The translations under genes were made by a program, and so were the position numbers. The notes below the pieces were generated by a model. That model saw only the letters and a list, made by a program, of their open reading frames with translations, had not been told where the DNA came from and did not search any database. DNA of 62,869 nt, counting the filler, from Aduncisulcus paluster (lineage: Eukaryota): assembly GCA_024181965.1 (NCBI GenBank). It is 6 parts of 6 records of this genome, joined end to end, with 100 filler letters (N's around TTAATTAATTAA, not from the genome) between each part and the next. Parts side by side here need not be neighbours in the genome. Positions count along the whole stretch, not along the records: positions 56,212 to 62,869 come from BQXS01010876.1; 5 more parts are not named here. The stretch is one strand, 5' to 3'. Shown one piece after another: positions 57,039 to 62,869 of the stretch (positions are counted from its first letter, which is position 1; every line of letters starts with the position of its first letter).

Positions 57039-60000
57039 ATGGACAGAGCGAAACGTGCTAAAATCATTGTTTTAGGTTCTATGGATGATATTAAAGTATG
57101 TATTTATCCTGTTTTCTCACAGTATTTCCCCGATACAGTATTTCTTATCCTTCTCTTTCCATTTTTAGTATTTTGACCTTTCCTCATGGATAAAACGATG
57201 TACAGGGAAGTCTATACCTTTTTCTCGAACATATATGGTGAAATCTCTACCATTTCTAAAACTTGAATTCAACTCTTTTCCACATCAACTGATATTCACA
57301 TTTGCTTCGGATCTCAAAAAGAATGGTATCATATTATCAAAAGCTAAATTTGATATTATCTTATATTATATCGATATTACAACAATCAGATTTGACATGA
57401 CGAAATTTCACCAAATCTTTCCATCTAAAACTGTTTCTTATCTCATATCACATAATATTCCGATATTTTTCATCTTTTCTCACCCAATAACAAGCCAAAC
57501 ATATGATAAAACAGTCAATATTGGCAAAATGATTGCTGAATTTTCTCATATTGTCGAATCGTCTCTCGTTTCCTCTGGAATTTCCAGAATTTATCATGAA
57601 TATCTATTCTCAAACGCTTGTATTTCGTCTGGTTGCCATAGTTTCAGTGCTAATAGAACAATTCAACAACATGGGTTCAATATGGATAAAAATGATATCA
57701 TTCTCCACGTTTTGAGATGGTATTTCACTCCATCGGCGTCTTTATCGAAGAGTATAAACTTACAATCAAACCATTCCAGCGACTTGGAAGATATTTCGAG
57801 TGTTTATGGCAAAAGAAGATATCACACCTCAAGTTTTGACCCCATAACCTCAGAAAAAAGCCCCCAAATTTCACTTTTAATGGATGATTTCAGCCCTTCT
57901 ATATTCGGCGATAGAATTTCTTCCCTTTTAGAAACGTCTCAACAGATTTGGACAGGAATCGGATCTCGTATCACGACATCTAATATTTCTTTCGATTCAG
58001 CTTCATTGATTTCTCCTCTCTCCCCCTTTTTCTATTCTGATTCCTTGACATTTGACCATTTCTACCAGCGTTGTGAAGAAAGAGGAGGAGAAGAAGAATC
58101 TTCGTTCTCTGTATCTGATGATCATCGTGATATCACAGGAAGTCATGATATCACAAGAAATACTTTACATTCGCCTCAAAGAAAGGAGAGAAATAACAAT
58201 ATTCTTGATCACACGTCCTCCTTTTCCTCGTTCTCTCCTTCCTCTTACTCCTCTTCTTCGAAGCCTTGTCTCATTCACGATATCACAACCATTTTTGATT
58301 ATTCCAAAACAACTGCTCGTCCTTCTTCTTCTCGTTCTTTCGATAAATCCAGGAAGAAATTCATTCCTTTCAATTCCTCACATACCATCTCATCTATCAG
58401 CCGTCCAACATCCTCTGTACATCGTCCAACGTCCTCTGTACATGTGCAAACTGAGCCAACGTATCTCTCAGAGCTCTCAGAATTATCTTCAGGGCGTAAT
58501 TCTTACCGATCAATCGATTATTTGATCAAATCACTCAATATGGCCCCTTCTGTAACATTCATTCATGACAAACAAACGTCCCACGATGGGAGAGCCACTC
58601 TTTATGAGGGAAAACCATTCCGTCCCTTAACTTCGCACTTTCGACAATCGTCAACTATGTTTTCAGATGGCAATTCACATCAAATATCATGTGAATGTAA
58701 GGATTCTGGACCTCATGATTCATTCCAATATTATCCAGGGTCATCCTCTTCTTTGTTGAGCCAATATTATGGTAGAAAGGGAGTAATGAGTCAGTTTCAA
58801 ATAACTCTTGCCCACGTGGCCAAGCATTTGCCTCCTGATTCTCAAGCAAAACTGTTCTTGTCGTGCAAAAACTCCATGCTATGTTTTATGCGATTGTCAT
58901 CTGAGAAATACCTTCGAACATGCTTTGAGATTGATCTTGATGGCATTATTGCTCCATCACATTATATGCATAAAGGAGAAGGGGAAACAATATCGAACAA
59001 AGGTGATTCAAAGGAATCTTGTCTGCAAACTCAATCAAAAGTTAAACAACAGGGTGAATCTGAATGTTCCGATCCTATTTCTCCTGTTGTTTTGCCTCAT
59101 TCATATCTAAAGATTGTTATCAAATCAATCACAAGCCAAGATATTCGTCCTGATCAATACACAGCGATTGTGACATTCATTGTTAGCAAAATGAAGAGAT
59201 TCTGTATGCTCTCGTTGAAGTCTCTTGATATTTCCATCCCTAAGTTTTTCCCTCTTGAATTATCTGAACGTATTCTTCGAGTTTTCACAATGACCTTGAT
59301 GCCACTTCAGCTGTATATCCAAGCACCAGCAACCCCGGGGCTCTCTCAACTCATGATGGGACGATTGGCTGTGCTTGATGTTGGTAAAGTGGCCATCGAA
59401 CGCTTTGGATCAGTTCTGCAATATCCTCCTTGTACCTGTAGTAGAAATTCTTCTGAGTTGCTGAGGAAGAGAAAGCAAGTAGGAGAGAAGAAAGACATTG
59501 AAAAAGAACTGGATGGAAATGAGGTAGAATCAATCTGTCAAGAAAATGTAGTTATTTCTCATCTCAAATCAATTTTTGACAATGATAAGTGTTTGTTCCT
59601 AGGGTTAGAGAAGATCATTGTCGATGAAATTATTTTCTTACCCATTCAACCCCATTCTCCTTCTCCTTCTTCGCCAACAGTCCTTCCGAGTTCAGAGAGT
59701 TCAGATATTGCCAGTTTAATTAGGTTTTTTGAGGCTCTTTCCATGTATCCTTGTCTTTCTGAGATATCCATCAATCGTGTGACATTCATTGCTGACACAA
59801 CCACAATTCACAGAAACCCCTCAGATTTCAAGACTGTTGGTGAGTGTTTCTTTCCTGAAGAGATTCCTTGCCATGCATCTCAAGCCTTGTCCAAACCATC
59901 TCTACAAAAACATTCAATACTAATACCAAGTGTTAATGGTGTTGGCGACAAGACTATTATTTCATCATCTTCTTCTGTGGGTGAAAGTGAAAGAGAAAAG

Positions 60001-62184
60001 AATAATGTGCAGCTACAAAATGTTGATACCGATGATTCCAAAACGTCACAAAAAAAGAAAACAAAACAACAGCCAGTTGATCAGAAAACATCAAAAGTAT
60101 CATCGGAGGCTTCATTGGATCAGCACTCTTCTCCTCCTCCTCTCCAACCCCAATCCCTCTATAAACGCAATATGGGGATTACTCCCTCTTTTACTCCTCA
60201 GATTGGCTGCAAAAAGATATTAATCGGAGGTAATCGGGATCATTGTGCTTTTAAATCTTCATCTCTCAATACTTTAATTCTATTAGGTTCTATATGTCAA
60301 ATATTCCCAAAAATTGAAGAGATTAAACTCAATATTGGACTTTCTTCAAACAATTTGACTCGTGATTCGAGATATATTTCTCTGTTGTCACTTATATCCA
60401 TTGTTAGGTCAATTCGACCAGTCCATTCTCTCAAAAAGCTATTTTTATCCTCATCTTTGGACTTCTTCTCGATTTCATTTGCTCTTTCTCATTTTGCACC
60501 CAAAATAGCCACCCTATCTCTCACTTGTTATCTTCCGCATTATCCCATGTTGGCCCATGTTCTCGCTTCTTCTACTTCTCGAAAAGTCTCTGAAGCCACC
60601 AAATCAAGCTCCCTCACTAAATCACGAACAAGATCAATGTTTCCCTCAAATCAAGGGATATCAAAAGATCCTCAACCCAAAAAACACCAGACTTTAGAAG
60701 AATCCAACGATTGGATTGTTAAAGCTCTAAATCAGGGCGTTTCTCTACCATTTCTGACTTCCTTGTTTCTCCACATTCCTTCCCAATATGTTCCATCGCT
60801 ATTATTAGATAGTTCCTCAAATTTAGGTATTCTTCAGTGCCAAAATCTTAAGAATTTCACCTTTATTGTTGGAAGTGGACAACATTATTCAGTTAGACTC
60901 TTTTCTCGCGCTCAGAGTCTCATGAAACTCAATGGAGAAGAATGGAATTCAGCTCTTCAAGATGAAACTAAACCCATTCCAATCAAATTACAAGAAATAA
61001 TTGCAAGTATCGATCAGTTAGGTTCTGATCCACAGCGGTCAAAATGGATGGAAAATGTCTCAAAACTTAGCAAGAAAGATTCAAAAAAGAGAGAAAAAGA
61101 CGCATTTGAGGAGCATGATGATGAAGAAAATGACCAAGAATATCAAGATGAACGTAGTTCAAGTTGTTCAAGTTCTGAATCTGAACAAAGTGAGTTCCAG
61201 CCTTCTGGAAGCGAAGGTGATGAATATTCATCTTCTGCATCTTCCTCCCATGTATCTCAGAAAGATGAAGAAGAAGAGAAAGAAAGCTCTGCCGAACAAT
61301 CTTCCTCCTCTTCCTCAGAGTCTCATTCATCATCAACGAAAGAAATTACTGATCCAAAACATTCTGTTTCAACAAGAATTTCCCTCGTTGAAAATGATCA
61401 TGATATTCCAAGTAAGTTTTTTTCCCACTTAAAGGAGTCAAACATTGCCCATGTGTTACATTCAAACATGCACCACAAATGGTGGATAATTGATGAAAAT
61501 GAGAAACAAAAGACACAAAAACATCGAATTGAAGGGTTTTATTCCTTTGACAAGGAGGTTATGAATGCTAATGTGATGGGGATACTTGATTCTTTGCTCC
61601 AGATAAGGGATATTTCCCATCTCAGATCCATCACATTACATATTCCCACTTTCTCATCCTGTATTCCAATTTTAGAACAAATGAGAAAGAAAATGTGCCA
61701 TTTAAATATTTATTTTAGCAAATTAGGTCGAGGAGTCCTTCGCATTCCAACTTTCCCAACATTGTCTTCCTTGTCAATTATGTGCCAAAATTGTGATATT
61801 CCACGGGAATTAGTTGAATGTTTTGTCTATTCTTCGCCAGTTCTATCTCATTTCAGTATGTTATTCTCTGGAATTCAAGATGCCTTCTCTTCTTCATTCT
61901 TGCTGTCTGATTCGCCCAATCCTTCAAGAGAAGCATTCAGCAAACACGGATATCCTGCTAGCGTTGCAATTAATACAAAAACACTCCTGGATGACATTGA
62001 AGGGTCTTCTTCTGCTTTTGAGGAACGAAGGAAATCTGGAATCGTTACCCACAATTTACTCATTGATATTCTTGGAGTTGGAAGCTTTGGAAAGTTGATA
62101 GCTGAGAAAATATGTCGGCTCATAACTTCAAAATTGAATCACTCGGGGTATTCTCGAATTCATTTTATCAGAAAATCACAGTGA
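57039..62184 (+). CDS. Large protein: degenerate small-GTPase-like N-terminus, F-box-like motif, LRR-like C-terminus (2 exons: 57039-57095, 57169-62184)
   Basis: Exon 1 (MDRAKRAKIIVLGSMDDIK) splices in frame to the 1649-aa ORF. F-box-like LAHVAKHLPPDSQAKLFLSCK at ~58801-58875; repeated LxxLxL motifs downstream. Confidence 0.7.
57096..57168 (+). other. Spliceosomal intron (73 nt, phase 0)
   Basis: GTATGT donor and TCCATTTTTAG acceptor; in-frame join. Confidence 0.72.
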
Positions 62185-62296
62185 TGCAATATTTTTGATT
62201 TTATCAAACCAATTATCTTTGGAAGTTATCATCAAATTGGAATCTTCACATGATCTGTTGAATAAATAAATGTTCACTTTGGACACTCCATGTAAT

Positions 62297-62869
62297 TCAC
62301 ATGAACCACTTGTGTGCCAGTATTTGTAGTGCTGTTGGACGATCTTCTGGTGTTTCGCTGAGACAAGCATCTCTAATCTCACACACTTCAGTAGGCATTC
62401 TCATTCCCTCATCCGATCTAGATGCTTCTGTATTGAGCATGTCAAACACATCTTGCAAGAGAATGCCGAATGAGAACATATCACTGTGAGGCGCTGGGTG
62501 AGGATGAGAGTGAGAGGAGATAGCAAGTTGGAGTTCCGGAGCAATATATTTGTGTGTCCCAACTCTCATTGATTGACTTATAAGATTCATTGTAGGATCA
62601 CCACAATCAACAGCTCCTTCAAAATCACACAACACACCATTTCCATCCGAATCTATCAAAATGTTCTGGGGTTTCAGATCACAGTGAATGATATTGTGAT
62701 GGTGCAAATGGGCAAGAGCATGGAGAACACACTTTAGAACATGTTGAATGGATGAAACGGAACGAGACTTCTTACTCATCCAGGAAGACAGATCTCCATT
62801 GGAATAGAATGGAAAGACAAGGTATGCTCCTGTTTTGGAAGGAGTGAGAACATGCTCATCATAGAAGAC
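62297..62869 (-). CDS. Protein kinase C-terminal part (non-RD, DFE-type), 5' end outside the window
   Basis: HCDLKPQNIL, CDFEG, GTHKYIAPE, SDMFSFG and RPTA motifs. Confidence 0.9.
   Translation of the reverse strand, partial: VFYDEHVLTPSKTGAYLVFPFYSNGDLSSWMSKKSRSVSSIQHVLKCVLHALAHLHHHNIIHCDLKPQNILIDSDGNGVLCDFEGAVDCGDPTMNLISQSMRVGTHKYIAPELQLAISSHSHPHPAPHSDMFSFGILLQDVFDMLNTEASRSDEGMRMPTEVCEIRDACLSETPEDRPTALQILAHKWFM

Noticed and set aside
1-62869. Alternative genetic code (TAA/TAG = Gln as in hexamitids)
   Set aside because: Conserved genes end correctly at TAA (FDP), TAG (LSm, p44) and TGA (PARG-like, ARF) with no internal stops.

Overview
This is eukaryotic, AT-rich, gene-dense DNA, not prokaryotic. 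It consists of six unrelated contigs joined by artificial 100-nt N/TTAATTAATTAA/N linkers: 1-15127, 15228-23111, 23212-38431, 38532-45390, 45491-56111 and 56212-62869. Two 20-N gaps have duplicated flanks and are probably assembly artefacts. The standard genetic code is used, and introns are rare, short and GTATGT...YAG. Gene content includes a flavodiiron protein, a mitochondrial carrier, kinesin, SLBP, LSm, SGT1, TFIIH p44, ARF and an expanded beta-sandwich/kinase family. This suggests an anaerobic flagellate; my inference is a free-living fornicate such as Aduncisulcus or a Carpediemonas-like organism. The most notable observations are: (1) a 6-kb contig that is a head-to-tail patchwork of short core fragments from about 7-8 different mobile elements, nearly all on one strand, which may be a small-RNA/TE-trap locus; (2) all four reconstructed introns carry TCCATT just upstream of the 3' AG instead of a CTRAY branch point; (3) an atypical bacterial-looking tRNA with encoded CCA and an irregular anticodon arm; (4) a PARG-like enzyme with a QDE motif; and (5) a pseudo-GTPase/F-box/LRR-like giant protein. 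All family calls come from motif recognition by eye; no searches were run.
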